A stretch of DNA of 64,000 nucleotides from Hydrolagus affinis (GCA_012026655.1 JAAILG010001467.1:1-64000), one strand, 5' to 3'. Shown: positions 12,901 through 27,231, counted from the stretch's first letter. Notes: generated by a model not told the origin, from the letters alone. Numbers and translations are program-made.

Positions 12901-13712
12901 CTGGGGACAGTCAGAAGATCAAACAAATGACCCCTGAAGGGAAAGCATCTCAGAAACGGGGTGGTTCTTTGGCACAATGTCACTGCGTCTACGCTCTTTT
13001 GTCCTGACTCGCTTCATGACAACTTGATTGACTGCTGACACCTGATGCTCAGGAAGCGGTGTGCGTGTTATTTCTAGAAATTGCTAATTTCTAATAAAAG
13101 GAGCCTGAAACAACACTTATTTGTCATTGAGAGTTCTTTTTTGCCCAGACATGCTGATTGCTGTATTGTTTGTGTGTGTGTGTGGGGGGGGTGGGGAGGG
13201 GAAGAGGGTGTGGGGGGAGATTTGTGCAGGTGCATGTCCCCCTGGTTAAGAACAAAGCACGACACAAGAATGAAGGGGGGTGGAGGGAGAATTAAAAAAA
13301 ACAGCAGGAGACAAATAGTCAAAGTACTTCACCGAGCATTCATTCACCCTTGCGTGCACATGATTCCTCTGAACAAACTCTCCCTTCCCTGCTGTTTGTT
13401 AAGCAAATATTGATCAAGGAGAGTTGCATCTCCTGATAGCAGTGACATAAACTGGGGACTTGTTCTGTTCTGCAGGCAGAGTGAACTCCACATATAAACC
13501 CAAAGACATTTTAGCTTATCTTGATTCAGTATTAACTGCAAAACTGGAGGGTCATCAGTTGGTCAGATGGGTGAGAGAAGGACGAAGGATATTTCTGTAA
13601 GTTCTGATTGTACAGCTGAAAAACAGCAACAGTATTCTTTGATGAAAGTGACAAATTTAAGCATGAAGGGGTGTGTGGGGTGGGGGGAGAAAGTGGTCTA
13701 TTCATTTATAAT

Positions 13713-13825
13713 CCATTGTCAATTGCGTTTCGCCCACATATTCACTTTATAGTATATTCTGTGAAGCTCTTTGAGACGCCTGGAATATGCGAAAAGCACT
13801 ATATCAAATGCAAGTATTATTATTA
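13713..13825 (+). mobile_element. 5'-truncated SINE (3' tail); similar + copies at ~17875-17965, 20560-20695, 25925-26100, 37320-37430, 41440-41575, 44270-44385, 45620-45730 and 61645-61745
   Basis: Shared motif ttcactttacagtatattctgtgaagcgctttgaga...gaaaagcgctatatcaaatgcaaggattattatt. Confidence 0.85.
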
Positions 13826-16800
13826 AAACTACAATAATGAATGGCTTGGTTCTCAATAAAGACTTGAGAAAAGAAAATGCTAACTCCATATGTGCCCTTT
13901 CTTAAAATGTGACAGGATTAGAAAAAACTTGTGGGTCAAGGTTAGCATTTATTGCAAATCGCGGTGTGTGTGTGTGTATGTGCTTGCGGGGCGGTGGTGG
14001 GGGGGGTGGGGGGGGGGGCGACAAGATGAAGGAAGAAAAGACGAAGGGAGATCTCTCTAAGTCAGATCATAATAGGATGCAATTTACCGATAATACATCT
14101 GATTGCTGCCTCCAGTGCAGCAAAGTTACTGCATCAATCATTTTACCTAATTTTAACAGAACTGAAAGGACTCGTAATGAACAGTCAACAAACACTGAAG
14201 GCGTTTTGGAGCAAATCTCCCTCATTGTTTCGCACCACAGCTTAGGCACACGCAAAGAGCATCAAGAGCTATAAAAGGGAAAGGTTTCTTTATGAATTGC
14301 TGCATTAGGTTACGAGTTGTTTGGGAAGGTTGTAGGCTCCGGTAAGAGCCTGCTGCTGGCTTGGTTGTCAATGACAGCTCAATCACGTTGGCCTGACCTA
14401 CCTGTGGGGGCTCCATTTGTTCTATCGGTAGGTTTCTGCAATTTCTACTGATCTGAAATGTACTGAAGTGAATTGGGAACACAGAACATGCAAATCACTT
14501 AGGGCAAAGTGATCAAAAGGGGGAATAGTTGTAATCGCACTCATTGCAGCTATTGGAGGTTCATGAAGCAATCCAGGACTCAGTCCTATCTTGACAACCA
14601 ACATCACCTCCTGCACCCATTTACTGTTCACCAGCACAAAACAACACAACACCTGTGCTGCACATTTACACAGAAAGAAGAAGTAATTGGAAAAGCGTCT
14701 TGTGTTATCCTGGGAATGGGTATTAACATGGCTGGTCTTCTATTGAGTCCCAGACCTGATCCCAGACCAGTTCGGCATTGTGGGAGTGGAACCCCTTCCA
14801 GCTCATGTTTGGCACTCTACTGTCCGATGGGCCTCAGTGTCAACATTCATGAAACCTACTGTACCCAACACTCTAGGGAATCCCGCAATAGCATAAAATT
14901 ACTCCCATCTGCGCAGTTGTCTTTTACTGTCCCTGTGGGATTATGCAAAACTTCTGGGCTTCCTCAGCAAAGCATTAGTCACCTGCTTGATGGCTACGTA
15001 CACAGACTGATGCTGATGCTCACCAAGTCCCCAAGGAGAGACGGAAAGGAGGTTGCAGTAAGAACATTTCTAACGGCTGTGTCTTTCACAGCAATGGGGA
15101 CGGTAGTTCTGATCCAACAACTTCACTCTTACTTTCCGCTGTTAGAACTGGTCCTTGAGGCCCAGGTAGGACAGTAGAGACTATTAGACTCTCTCCAGCC
15201 ACTATGTCTCTTGTGGACCCTCCCCACTTCCTACTCAACATCATTTTCTTCTGTGTCTCTTCTCCAAAAAGATAACTGGAGTGATGGCCATATCCAAGCA
15301 GAAACCAATCAGGAATCAATCCCCCCACCTATCCTTTGCCACCCCAGACCCTCTCAGGGATTCCCTAACAACACATCAAGGAATCCTGGTGAAAGCTGCA
15401 TGTGTCAGCTCCGACAGTCTACCACAACAACAAAATTACACTTGTATAGCTCCTTTTACGTCAGGAGGACTACAGCTGTAGACTACAGTCTACAGCAGTA
15501 GTGACCGGCAGAGGTGTCAAGAAGTGGCCTGGCGAACATTCCCACTAGTCTAGGTAAGTCTGTGTCAAATCAATATTTTGTTTCCAGCAGTGTCTGTGTA
15601 TTGATGTGGGTGGAATAGAAAATCAAGAAATATTCATTCAAAAAAATGTATTGGTTGGCCAACCGGAAAGGTTGGCTCCCACTGGTCTACACTTTACTTC
15701 TGAGCAGCACAGTGAATACAACAAGTCTAGAAAGCCTCAGACATGAGAGAAAAATTTAGCCTTGTCCAACTCCTGCCAATTAATAACAACTCGCATTTAT
15801 TTAAAGCCCTTCACGCAGGGCAGCATCCCGGAGACAAATCATTGTAACAAATGGTGGTGTTTCATGTCAGGAGCACATCCCAAAATTGTTTACAATCCTG
15901 ACTTGGTATCCAACCTAGTAGTGGGAGCTGAAAGGGGTAAGGAGTGAAAAGATGGAGCTTGAACCTTGGGACTTATGGAGAAATCGTTCTTGGTATTCAA
16001 ATCTACCCAGTCTTGCTGTACCCACAACCATTGGGAATGATGTGGGAATTTAATGCTATGGAGAAAGGTGGGTATAGAGAAAGGAATTTTCCTATTTAAG
16101 TGTTAAAGATGAGAATTGTAGGAATAGGATTCAGGTGTTATTCCCTTCATTGCCTCAGTCAGCACCTTCAAATGCGGATCACTTAGCTGGAGAAAGGGTC
16201 TTGTGGTGGGAGAGAAGAAAGCATATGAAGAGCTTGAAGTAAACCAGTTTTCAACTTAAAGATGCAACAACAACACCAAAAAAATTATATTTGTATAGCG
16301 CCTTTCATGTCGGGAGGATGTCCCTAGGCACAAAAGAGTCAAAAGTCCTCTGTATTTTCAGCCACTATCTCAGCTGGAGATGTGAAGCTGTGTCAAGAAG
16401 CCAACATAGAAATTGAATTAAAAGGATTACAAGAATAAAAGGTGGTCAGCAATGAGATTATTAAGATTACGTGTTTGTTCAACTGTGAAAGAGAAAAGTA
16501 ACTGGAGTTTGAAGCACTGCTAGAGGAACAAACTGGTGTAGAGTGTAAAATCCCAATTGCTGACCTCATTACCTTCCCACTCAGGCTCGTGATAATCAGA
16601 TTTATGTTTTAGTCTAGGTCTCTGGTCCCAAATTATAGCATTTGCTGGATATAATTTTCACTGACACTACCTTGACGCCGTAGGCTGTCATTCCACTAGA
16701 ATAAATTTAATGAACTGTCAAAATTGCTAATGATCTCTGCAAGGTTCAGGCCACTTCTTTCCTGCTCCATCTTGGGAACAACATGAGCTAAAACTTATAT

Positions 16801-17052
16801 TTACTTAGAGATACGAGATATGCAGAAAATCAGATTGACCAAAGTGCAGAGTGCATAACCAGATCTGTGCAATAATAATGATACAATGCTTCCGCATGAT
16901 GGAACACCAATATTGTCAAAATGTGTCAAAGTACTTTGTGGATAATTGCTGTCAAATGAATTTGTTGGAGCCATCAATTTCCACAGAGCAAGGTCCCAGA
17001 GGCAACCCTGAAGTGAATGACCAATTTATCTGGGGGACTATTGGCCAGGACT

Positions 17053-17170
17053 CATAGGAGAAGGAGTAGGCCATTCAGCCCTGTTCCACCATTAAATTAT
17101 ATCATGGCTGATCTATAGCTCAACTAGTACTTTCAATTCCAATTTCCTGCTTTCTCCCCATATCCCTTCC
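17053..17170 (-). mobile_element. CR1-type LINE 3' tail; similar relic at ~40740-40860
   Basis: cataggagaaggagtaggccattcagccc...atcatggctgatct, a typical reverse-complemented chondrichthyan CR1 tail. Confidence 0.65.
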
Positions 17171-17179
17171 CTTTTTAAG

Positions 17180-17330
17180 TAATCTCATGGCATCTATCAT
17201 ACATCAGCTCATCTGGAGCACAACACCTCTGACAATGCACCTCTGGAGTTTCAGCCTAGACTGTGAGGTCAAAGACTTGACATGATTGAACCACAACCTT
17301 CTGACCGAGATGCGAGTAAGACAGACTAGC
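17180..17330 (-). mobile_element. Degraded Deu-domain SINE (SacSINE/AmnSINE-like)
   Basis: cacctctgacaatgcacc...ggagtttcagcctagactgtg...tgaaccacaaccttctgac resembles the reverse-complemented Deu domain and head. Confidence 0.55.
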
Positions 17331-18039
17331 ACCTAATATGCTGCCGGAATTAGCTTGTTGATTATGGAGAAGGTAATGCCAGACAGTGAATAGCAGTACT
17401 CTAATTTCAACACTGCCTTAAAGATCAGAGTGATACAAATTCAGAACAAATGTACTGACAATAAATACGTTAAGATTCCAAAAGAAATACTGAAGCACCT
17501 CACCCATACATTTCAAGTAATTGCAGTAACATGTTCATCTAACCTCACTAAAGACCCATTCCACTTGTGGCCAGCCAGCAACTAGCTACATTGTCAGTCT
17601 GTCAAACAAGATTTAACCCTTCATGTTGGGTAAACATGTCTATTGCTGGATCTCTACATTAAAGAGACACATCAGCAATTCAGATAACAATCAACACTCT
17701 TCAAAACTCAGCAGCATGATGCGAGGTGCTGTGGAATTTACATCATGGTCAATCACTCCACAAAGCAATAGGGGCCAGGCACACCGTGAGCACATCATAC
17801 GAGAGATCTTAACCACAATGCAAGTTGCTCAGGCTTGTAAGAGGATTCTTCACCAATTTCCACCTTTCCTCCTGAATTATTTACAATATATTCTTTGAAG
17901 AGCTTTGAGACGTCAGAAGATGTGAAAAGCGCTATATCAAATGGAAGGATTGTTATTATTATTTAAATAAACCATAGTTACACCTGCAAGTTACAAAAGC
18001 TCTTATGTTGGGAGCAAGAAACAATTATAAGACTGGTTT

Positions 18040-18108
18040 AACTGGGGTGCTCCAAGAGACCGTCCAGCATGAAGACCGCTACATAAATGCAATTTGTTGT
18101 TGTTGTTA
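18040..18108 (+). mobile_element. L2 3'-tail fragment
   Basis: gctacataaatgcaatttgttgttgttgtt tail. Confidence 0.6.
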
Positions 18109-21100
18109 TAGTATACAATTCTGTGATAATCAATTAAAGCAGTTGTACCATTCCACCAGTGAGATGATTCACTTTTAAATAGAGGTTTCAAAGTTGGTGT
18201 TTTCTATTATCTCAGAGCACACATCCCTGTCCGGGTAATTGCTCTATTTTAATGTAAGCTTGGAACAAGCCATTGCAACAGGAATGATTTTCCATATTCT
18301 AGGACTTTGACTTTTATTCTTGTTTCTGAATTGATTTTTCATCTATCCTTTATTGTAATCAGATCATAAGTGCTCAAACAAATCTCCTTTAACAGTTAAC
18401 ATCTAACACTTACTTCCCAATTCATTTTTTTTCAGGAAGGATAGCATCAACTCTCAGGTTTAATGCGCTGCAAGCTAAACTGGAGCAGTCAAAGCAAATT
18501 AATACAAGTAAATAAGTGCTTGAACATTATGCTACTTATTTTGAACAACATGCTTCAGACCAGCATTTTTAATCTTTTGAATCGCTTTTGAAATTTAATT
18601 GGATAGTATAATGAACTAGTGAATCTTCAAAATGTTGGTTTTCTATAGATATTTAAGATTAAGCAAACATTTTGGAAGTTATTAATCTCTCTATTTTCTA
18701 CCCATGTTCCTTTTAATTGTAATGGTCCGTTGTACGGCACGCTGAGACACTATACTGTGTGAAGGGCACTAAATAAAAGTTATTTTTATGAAGACAAATG
18801 TAGGCAGGCAAACTCCTCCTGGCTTCCACGAATGCCAACCTCTTGAACATGCTTAAAACATACTATCTCTCACATCACCTCTCCCTTCAGGGAGGCGCTT
18901 GGTCTCTTTCTGGAACCTCCTTCACATATGTGCAGCCGACATCTGGAACTCTTGAGAGGTTTCATTTAAGCCATGTCTCAGCTCTGTTGGCTTCCCCAGT
19001 GTAGGGAAGTATTTGAAAAGTTTTTTATAAAAAATCCTTGTCTTCAATTACTTTATTTGTCATGTGAGGTGGTCCATGAAAATGGGGGAGGGGCAGGGAA
19101 TCAAACTTGCCAGTGTTCAACCATTATGGAACTTATGCTCAGTTGCAACCATCTGGTCATTGGTTTAAGTTATTCAAGTGAGCCAGTAACCACAAACTAT
19201 TTAGTCCTTTTATCGTAAGAAGTGACTGATTCTTCCCAATCAGCTTCTGTTAACTCTCGAAGCTAAAACCCTAATTGATAGGGGTGATCCTATCTGCACC
19301 AGCTGCTTAATTTTAGCTGGTTAAATTCCAGTATACTGCAATGCACACCCTGGGGTGCCCAAGTAAGCCTTTGTCTCTTGCCAACCTGCACTGAAGATCT
19401 CTGGGATTAGGGAAACACATTTGCAATGGCAACATGCGCGATTTTAGCTGGTAAAGGTCTAGCAATACGTACTTCAATGCATAATCTAGGAACCCTAAAC
19501 GTTGGCTCTTGCCAAATTGCACTTAAACTCTCTGGCTTGAGAGGGGGAGAGAATTCTCATTTCATACTAGTCAAACAGGAAATTTCCACACATATGTGGA
19601 ACTCAGTCTGGTTTGGATACTCTTAAGCATCTTGATAGCTTTCTGTTTGAATCAGACTCTCAGTTGACCAAAAAATGACACAGATGGAGAAGATCTAGTT
19701 AATTCCAAGTAGTCTCTTTAGGATGTTGCAGTTCAAATTTTAAATAAAGTAATTGGAGTTCTAGAATTAAAAAGTAGTCTTACTTCCTAGAATAAAAGCA
19801 AACCCAAATGTCAGGCTTCACGCGAGTCACTTTCCAGTGCCTGTGGAGAATGCTGGTCTAGCCAAACTCTTTCGTCACAAATCCAAGTTCAAAGTCAACC
19901 TAAAGCCAGATAATCAAATAAGCTGCCACTGGCACTTGTCAAGGGTCATGCGGAGGAGGGAAAGAAAAAAAATCAATCTTGACCAAGTTGACAGGAAGAA
20001 CCGGTTGGTACTGAACTGTCTGGAAACTGTTGATAGGATTCCAGAATATTTGAATATTTGATAGTCATCCTTTTATTTACAGCTTTTCATTTTCTGGGGA
20101 ATACTGGGTACCAATCAGAGCTAAACTCCAGTTTATTTGGAGACAGGAGCAGCTAACTCGGGGGGCGGGGGGGAATAATAAAAATATTTTGATATTTCAC
20201 GCTTTAACCAAGTTATTTGTAGATAAATGTTTTCCAAATTCAAGAATGGAGTCCTCCATGCTGTTACTGATATCAAATTCGGGCTGCAGATGTCAAAGTC
20301 AGCCAACGCAAACCCCGAAAAAGAATAATAGAACAACTAGGTTTGGATTTGTATTGTCTATAACCTAATGATACTTTCTTCTGGGTACCCCCAACCTTGG
20401 CTCTCGCCAACCTGCACTTAAACTACTTACTATTTAGGAGCGTCCTGCTTAGTTTTGCAGAGGCAGACAGTCACTTAACTGTCTTCTGATAAAATGAATT
20501 TCTATTATTTGGAGGCAGCTAGGTTTTCCACAAATAATAAAATGCGTTCATTTTTATGCACTATATATGAGCCACCGTGTTTCGGCCACAAAATACACAG
20601 TTAATCCAGTTTACATACAAGCCTGTGAAGCTTTTTGAGGCATATCGAAGATGTGATAAGGCACCACATCAAATGCAAGGATTATTATTATATTCACAAT
20701 AAAATAAAAACAAGGTTTTAAATGAACTTGGAAAATGAGAAGTGAAATAGAGGCAAGACCTAGTTATGAAGAACTGTACCTTAATTGTCTGAAACCATAT
20801 TTCCTAACCTATTACCTTGGTCTGGGGGGGAAGGGGAAGGGGGAAGTAAGCAGGTCTCCTTGGAAATGAGCTGTCTCCAAGGTGATGTGCTTGGCACTGG
20901 AATGTTGGAATTAAGTCAATCATCTGTGGTGATCTTGATCGTGCAATTTCTGAGCGAGGCAGGTTGTCGGTGGAACTCCAACGCACGACTGTTAACAGAT
21001 CAGCTAGCATGGCTTGTTGAAATGACTTGGTAACAGGGGGCAGGGATTCGATCTATTCCTGCTAACCCTGCAAGCCAAAGCCCTAAAGGGTAGGGTGAAC

Positions 21101-22080
21101 CTTGATGAGCAAGTAGCAGGATCGTGCTCTCAATACAATCTGTGCCTAATAATCTCCACAAGTAGCTCAGCAAGGTGCGTCTCCTTGTTTATTCCAGACA
21201 CAAGGACATTTCTCAGTGTAGATGGCATACACATGTGGAACTTGTCTGGTTTAGGTACTTTCAAACGTGGGTTTCTACATGCGTCAGACACACAGCTGAC
21301 CAAAAACTGAAAAAAGATGTGAAACCATATTTCCAACCACAATGTACATTCTCAAATAGCAAAGTGACAATAGCTTGAACAAAAAACTAGACCAGTATGT
21401 TGTAAACATTTATTTGATGGAATCAATGACCTATGTGAGCTACAACTCTGTTGCAAGATAAGCTGGCTCTAGTGTCACTTGGTCAAACAGATTTCAGGTT
21501 TCTCAGTTAGATAAAGATGGTTTCAAAATGAGCTGACGTGTCGCAACCAAGGTTCAAATGTTATTTGGCCTTGAAGCAGCCACCAGTCTTCAAGCACAAA
21601 GCTGGATAAACACACTTAAAAATGATAAGATAGCTTACATATTGATCTCTTTTTAGCTCTTTTTAAGCAAAATTTGACTTGCATGCTTTTAAGGCAAACT
21701 GCTCAATACACAGGAATTAAAAGGAATGATTAGCGTTATAGGAGAGTTCCATTTGGAATAACGCTGACCAGAAGAAAATAGAATAAAATTCTATTTAGAT
21801 ATTAAAGGAATTGGGTGGTGGGTGGGGTGGTGGGGGGAAGGAACTTACTGGATTTATCTCCACTCACTGCACATAATATTCAATTATTTGCCACAGTGCT
21901 GCACATAAGAAAAGTAGATCATTCTCCATTAGATTTAGTCATCCTGGTTCTTCTGATGAAATTAGGCTCCAATCAGCAAAGTCATACAACCATAAATCAA
22001 ACAGGACTTTCATGGATGAATATGTAAACCTTATAATACCCTCAACCTCTTCCCACCCCAACATTAAAATAGGAGTTTCA

Positions 22081-22920
22081 ATAACAACAACAACAATAAA
22101 ATTACATTTGTATAGCGCCTTTCACGTCAGGAGGACATCCCAAGGTGCTGGACGGTTACTCTTCAGACTCGAGCTGAGGACTGGGGGGGAGGGAAGGGGG
22201 GGATAAGGAGTTGTCAATGGGTCCAAGAAAGAGGAGAGTCTTGAGGCGAGACTCGAAGGACGCCAGGGAGGGGGGGGGCGAGGTGGAGGGACTTTGGGAT
22301 GGAGTTCCAGTGGTTGGGGGCAGAATGGCTGAAGGCTTGCCTGCCAATGGTTGGGCGGGCGGGTCAGGGGACATGGAGCAGGCCAGAGCCTGCTGAATGG
22401 AGGGGTGCGGGCAGGTTGGTAAGGGGATAGGAGGTCACGGATGTAGGGTGAGGCGAGGTTGTGGAGGGCTTTAAATGTGAGGTCCAGGATCTTGAATTGG
22501 ATCTTCTGGATGTTGGTGAGCCAATGGAGTCGGGCAAGGATGGGGGAGATGGGATCACAGAGTTTGGAACGGTAAAGGACACGGGCCACAGAGTTCTTGA
22601 TTATCTGCAGCCTGTGGAGGGAGGAATTGGGAAGGCCGACCAGCAAGGCATTTGCATAATCGAGCCGGGATGTAATGAAGGCAGGCATGAGGGTTTCAGC
22701 AGCTTTGGGGTGAGGCAGTGGCAGAATCGGGCAATATTGCGGAGGTGAGGAATGGCAGAGCGAGTCGTTGCTTGGATGTGGGGGAGTAAAGACAGTTGAG
22801 GGTCGAACAAGACACCTAGGTTCATGACTGGCGTGGTGAGGTTGAACCATAGAGATTGATGCAGCCAGCGCATGATGCAAGGTGGCGCTGGAGCGAGCCA
22901 ATCAATAGGGCCTTGGTCAA
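22081..22920 (-). mobile_element. 5'-truncated, frameshifted L2-clade LINE (RT C-terminal region and 3' tail)
   Basis: ORF fragments NLGVLFDPQLS, AETLMPAFITSRLDYANALLVGLP, LQIIKNSVARVL, ISPILARLHWL...IQFKILDLTFKALHNLASPY; (gtt)n tail. Confidence 0.93.
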
Positions 22921-23351
22921 GGATGGATCAAGCAGAACTGCACATGGTAAGCTTCACATTTTAAAGGAATGGAAAAGCATGCAACAAGATCCTCTCAAGG
23001 AAAGAGTTTCATTATGAATATTCTTGGTCTCCAAGGATTAGGAACAAAACCCTAGAATATTCATCTATCTCCATTATTCAAACCAGGCCTACTTGTCCCT
23101 TCTCCCCCAGACAACACCTCACCCCCAATTCAGCAGGAACCATCATATTCCACTGAGGATTTGACTGCCTCAGGGAATGGCTTATCTTTGAAGATGTTGC
23201 ACAGAATATTTTCCTTTGTGACTGGAAAAGTAAACAGTCCCTTTAAACATCTTTATCCAGCTATTTTCCTTGGCACAGGTGTTATTCTACCATTACAATA
23301 AAAAAGCATGTGAAGAAAAAATATTGGAAGTGAAGACTGGCAAAAGAAAAT

Positions 23352-23490
23352 NNNNNNNNNNNNNNNNNNNNNNNNNNNNNNNNNNNNNNNNNNNNNNNNN
23401 NNNNNNNNNNNNNNNNNNNNNNNNNNNNNNNNNNNNNNNNNNNNNNNNNNNNNNNNNNNNNNNNNNNNNNNNNNNNNNNNNNNNNNNNNN
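23352..23490. other. Assembly gap (139 N)
   Basis: Run of N. Confidence 1.
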
Positions 23491-26400
23491 NAAACAGATT
23501 TCATTTTTGCATTAGAATAAACCTCACAAATCTAACAGGGTTCTGAAACTAAATTCTGCATATCTAACATAATTGATGTTTAAATCTTGCTGAAATACAT
23601 AACTTGTGTAATTGTACAAAATTCAGGAATTCAAGGTTTTTTTCCATAATTTCCAATACAAACATATCCTGCCAAATTCAATATTTAGATGCATCACCCC
23701 ATTTATTTGCATACAATTTTCACCTATTAAGTGGAATCTTACTCATTGAGCTTTGTTTTCTCATAATGCCTTGTATTGATTCAACTCACAATACCCACCA
23801 TAAACCCTACCAATGTGTATAAAAATGCAGGACAGATGATAACAGGTTGAAACAATACCAAATGAACAGCTGCAAAGCTTCGAAACAAAACTTTCAAAAT
23901 ATTTGTGCTCAAGAATCATCATGTGGTACTGATCGCCAATTCACTCCAGGTTGCTTTCTTACATAATCTGCATAATTGCATTAGAATCTCTGGTGTTGCC
24001 CAGTGATTGCAATTCAGTGAGGCACTGGATTAAGTTCAGGAAATGCACATTCCATGACCTTCTTACTAAAAATGACGTTGTGAAAACAAACCACATAGCA
24101 ACGGTTTGCATGAAATATTATTTGGATCCCAATTCATTCTTCCCCTGCATTCCACCAGTCCCCGTAGTTTTTAATATATATTGCCATTATGCAAGAAAGT
24201 AAGGCGAATTTCTGTTGTACCTTTTATAGCTTTAGATTTCCTGTCTGTGGTGGTGGTCTGAAAGTTAGTAAAACCTCAACAATTGAGTTTCTTACGCTCC
24301 ATAACGTTATATTTGGTTGATCCATGATGAATTGATGCTTAAAATGTAGCATGACTCCAGTTGAAGCGGCAATGAATTAAATTTTTGTCATGCTCTCGAA
24401 ACACCAGCAGGAGCCGAAATCCAGTTTCACCTTCAACAACGCTGAGAGAACTTACATGCTAAAAAAAAGATTCTATGCTGTCCAATAGGTAGCTTTGATG
24501 TTCTTAAGAATTAAAGAATGCAACTCCAAGCTCTTGAAAAGTGTTTAAGAATTAGCCACTATTTGGAGCCTGCGTTTTAGTTATACATTTGCAAAGCTGT
24601 AGTCGTTGTGATCTTAGCACAGATCTTAGAGAGATTCAGAGCAGAAGGTAGAAGTGTATTTTTTCTCAGCAATGTCTCACAAACAGCCATGAAGTTAATT
24701 AAATAGGTTTTGAATACAAATTGCTGATTCAACTAACCGTTTGAGCTGGAATGAGTAGTATAATGATGTAGACCAATCGCTAAGAGAGATATTAAATAGC
24801 AATTTAAGAGTCGATTCTACAAGATGTTTCAATGGAGAAAACAATATATGGAAATAAACGCAAAGTGATAATTCTGCAGACCTACTGACTAAATTATGTG
24901 AGTAATCTCTGAGATATCGATCAGCCGAGTCTTAAACAAAATAACATATCAATGGAATGTAATGTCCTTTGGCCTTCTCTTATGCTGTTAGAGAAAACTT
25001 GCAATACTGTATAATTTTCATGCAAAAGTTAATAAACTATACTAAACTAAAACTAAATTTGAAATAGATTAAAACCAGTCCAAGCTTGACTTAGTAGGTC
25101 CATTGGAAGATTTATTTATCACGTATTTATTTTTATGTATAGTAAGAAAAGTAAAAACAAATTATGCTTTTGTTTTTGACAATACAGTGTGAATGTGGCT
25201 CATTTAGCTGTACAGTATTGTGCACAGTTAACTAGTATTGGGAGGATTATCAGAAAGAGAGACAAGCAAATGTCTCATCTTCTAGTTTGATTTTGAAAAA
25301 GATTAATTTGGGCATTATTATTCTAATAAATACTGTATAGTTGGAGGTATTCGTGTGGAATTTATTGAACAACTAGGTAAGGATTCTTGCCTAGTTGCAT
25401 CACCCTTGTAGCTATTGCTTTTCCAGAATAAATTGAGTTCAGTTCTGTCAAGGATACTTTCTAAAAAAAAATATTTCTAAGCAAAAAAAATTTGCAATCT
25501 TGCTGACATCAAAAATCAACCTTGGGTGTCAAGTGTTTCTGCTTTTTATTGCAAAAGCTCTGAGATATGATCAGATAAGATTGGGGGGGGGTGGGGGGGG
25601 GGGGAGGTGGGTGGGAATGGGGGATATACTTTGAGTGGAGACACTATGTTTTGAATGCAATCCCTTGTCGAAATGTCGAGAAGCTGTGTGTGATTTGTAT
25701 GGAGCATTAATGTAAGACATTTCCCCACAATAATTTACACATGTTGTCTTGACTGCAAAATTTTGTGGGCACATTTTATCAACATCCAAACAAATGGAGG
25801 ATATGTCTGAACTTCATAGAAATAGGTTTGAATCCATGCTGCCTTAAGCCAAAATCCAAACAGACAGACTTCATACGATCAAATGGTTTGGCTCAAACAC
25901 AGTACAATAATTGTTTCAACAAAATAAATTGGTCACTCAATCCATTGACTGTTTGTGGGTCACTGCTGTGCACTATTGGCTGCCACATTTCACCCACAAA
26001 CAATCAATTTACTTTACAGTATATTTTGAGAAGCGCTTTGAGATGTCTTGAATATATGGTAAGGTACTATATCAAATGTACTGATTATTATATATTATTA
26101 AAACTAGCAAAGAAGTCAAACTGGATATTAATTGTTAGGCAAAACAATATTCTCAGTTCATACTTGCACTAAACTAAAACCTAAGGAGGTTTATCGATCA
26201 CAATGTAAAAAACCCCAAGCCCTAATCTATACGCAACACTTGCATTGAATGGATTTAAGCACTTTTGCTGAGATAATGCAGTTCTTATTTTGTCACAGTG
26301 GAACTAAATAGGTTAAAAAGTCATCTCATTTTCATTGTGCTTTCCGCTTGTACAGACAGAAATCAGGACATCTGGAGCATGGGATAAGAACAAGAAAAGG

Positions 26401-27174
26401 AGGTGCCTGAAAAAACCAATCACAAGCACTGACGAGGATAGCAGCATGGACAATGCAGTAGGGAAGCAGCTCAGAGCTGGGCGTTTTGTCTGGCGAGCGC
26501 CAGGCTATGGTGACTAATGAAGCATTGGGAATGTGGGCCGTATGCCAGTATTGGAAGAAGATGTGCATCGGCTTTGCAGATGTGTCAAAGCCCCCCCAGA
26601 GCAAAATAATGACATAATCACCATCAGTGTCACGGACCAGACTGCACACAAGGTGACACGGGAGACAAACAAATGAAAGTGAATCATTCAGAGTCCCTGA
26701 ATACATCCTGCAAGATTGCTTCAGCTTGCCCTTTCCTCTTATTCATTCCCCCCCCCCCACACACCCCCACCCACCCACCTCACTTGAGACACCAGAGTTA
26801 CTTGTGTGCAAATGGAACGAAGACCAAGCTTCCATTTCAAGTGCAAGACTCTAGCCTAAACACAAACAAAAATTTAGAGAGCTCCTTTTAAGTGGCACTA
26901 ATTACTTGCCAACAACCTTTTCTGTACAGAGAAGGTGTGACTACAGCTGTCTGGGCTTCAAGTGACTTTTGTCAGCTTTAAGTGAATGCCTGCTTGAGAA
27001 GGTGGAAGAATAATGGCAAGTAACCAATGAGAAGAGGTTGGAACAAAGCATTTGGCTCCAGTAGTGGCCCTTTCATTGCTTCTAATTAAAGATTCATAAG
27101 AATGGTTTTAATTTTTCATGAGTCTTTTTGCATTACCATATCAACAGCATCTACTTCCAATTGCACTTCAAATT

Positions 27175-27231
27175 ATATTATATTTTTTTATATATTATAT
27201 ATACATATATAATATATATATATATATATAC
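27175..27231. repeat. Imperfect (TA)n microsatellite
   Basis: Read directly from the sequence. Confidence 0.85.

Noticed and set aside
14509-15177. 222-aa ORF on the + strand
   Set aside because: No recognisable domain or coding-like composition; it is intronic and antisense to the PROX gene, so most likely a chance ORF.
22122-22901. 259-aa ORF as a host gene
   Set aside because: It is a frameshifted, 5'-truncated L2 reverse-transcriptase fragment.
24300-25060. Possible decayed transposase coding sequence
   Set aside because: I could not recover any recognisable protein motif or terminal repeat by eye.
25583-25623. G-rich tract as a functional G-quadruplex; similar tracts at ~13182 and ~13990
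   Set aside because: Poly-G/C runs are scattered throughout the window, and nothing marks these as functional.
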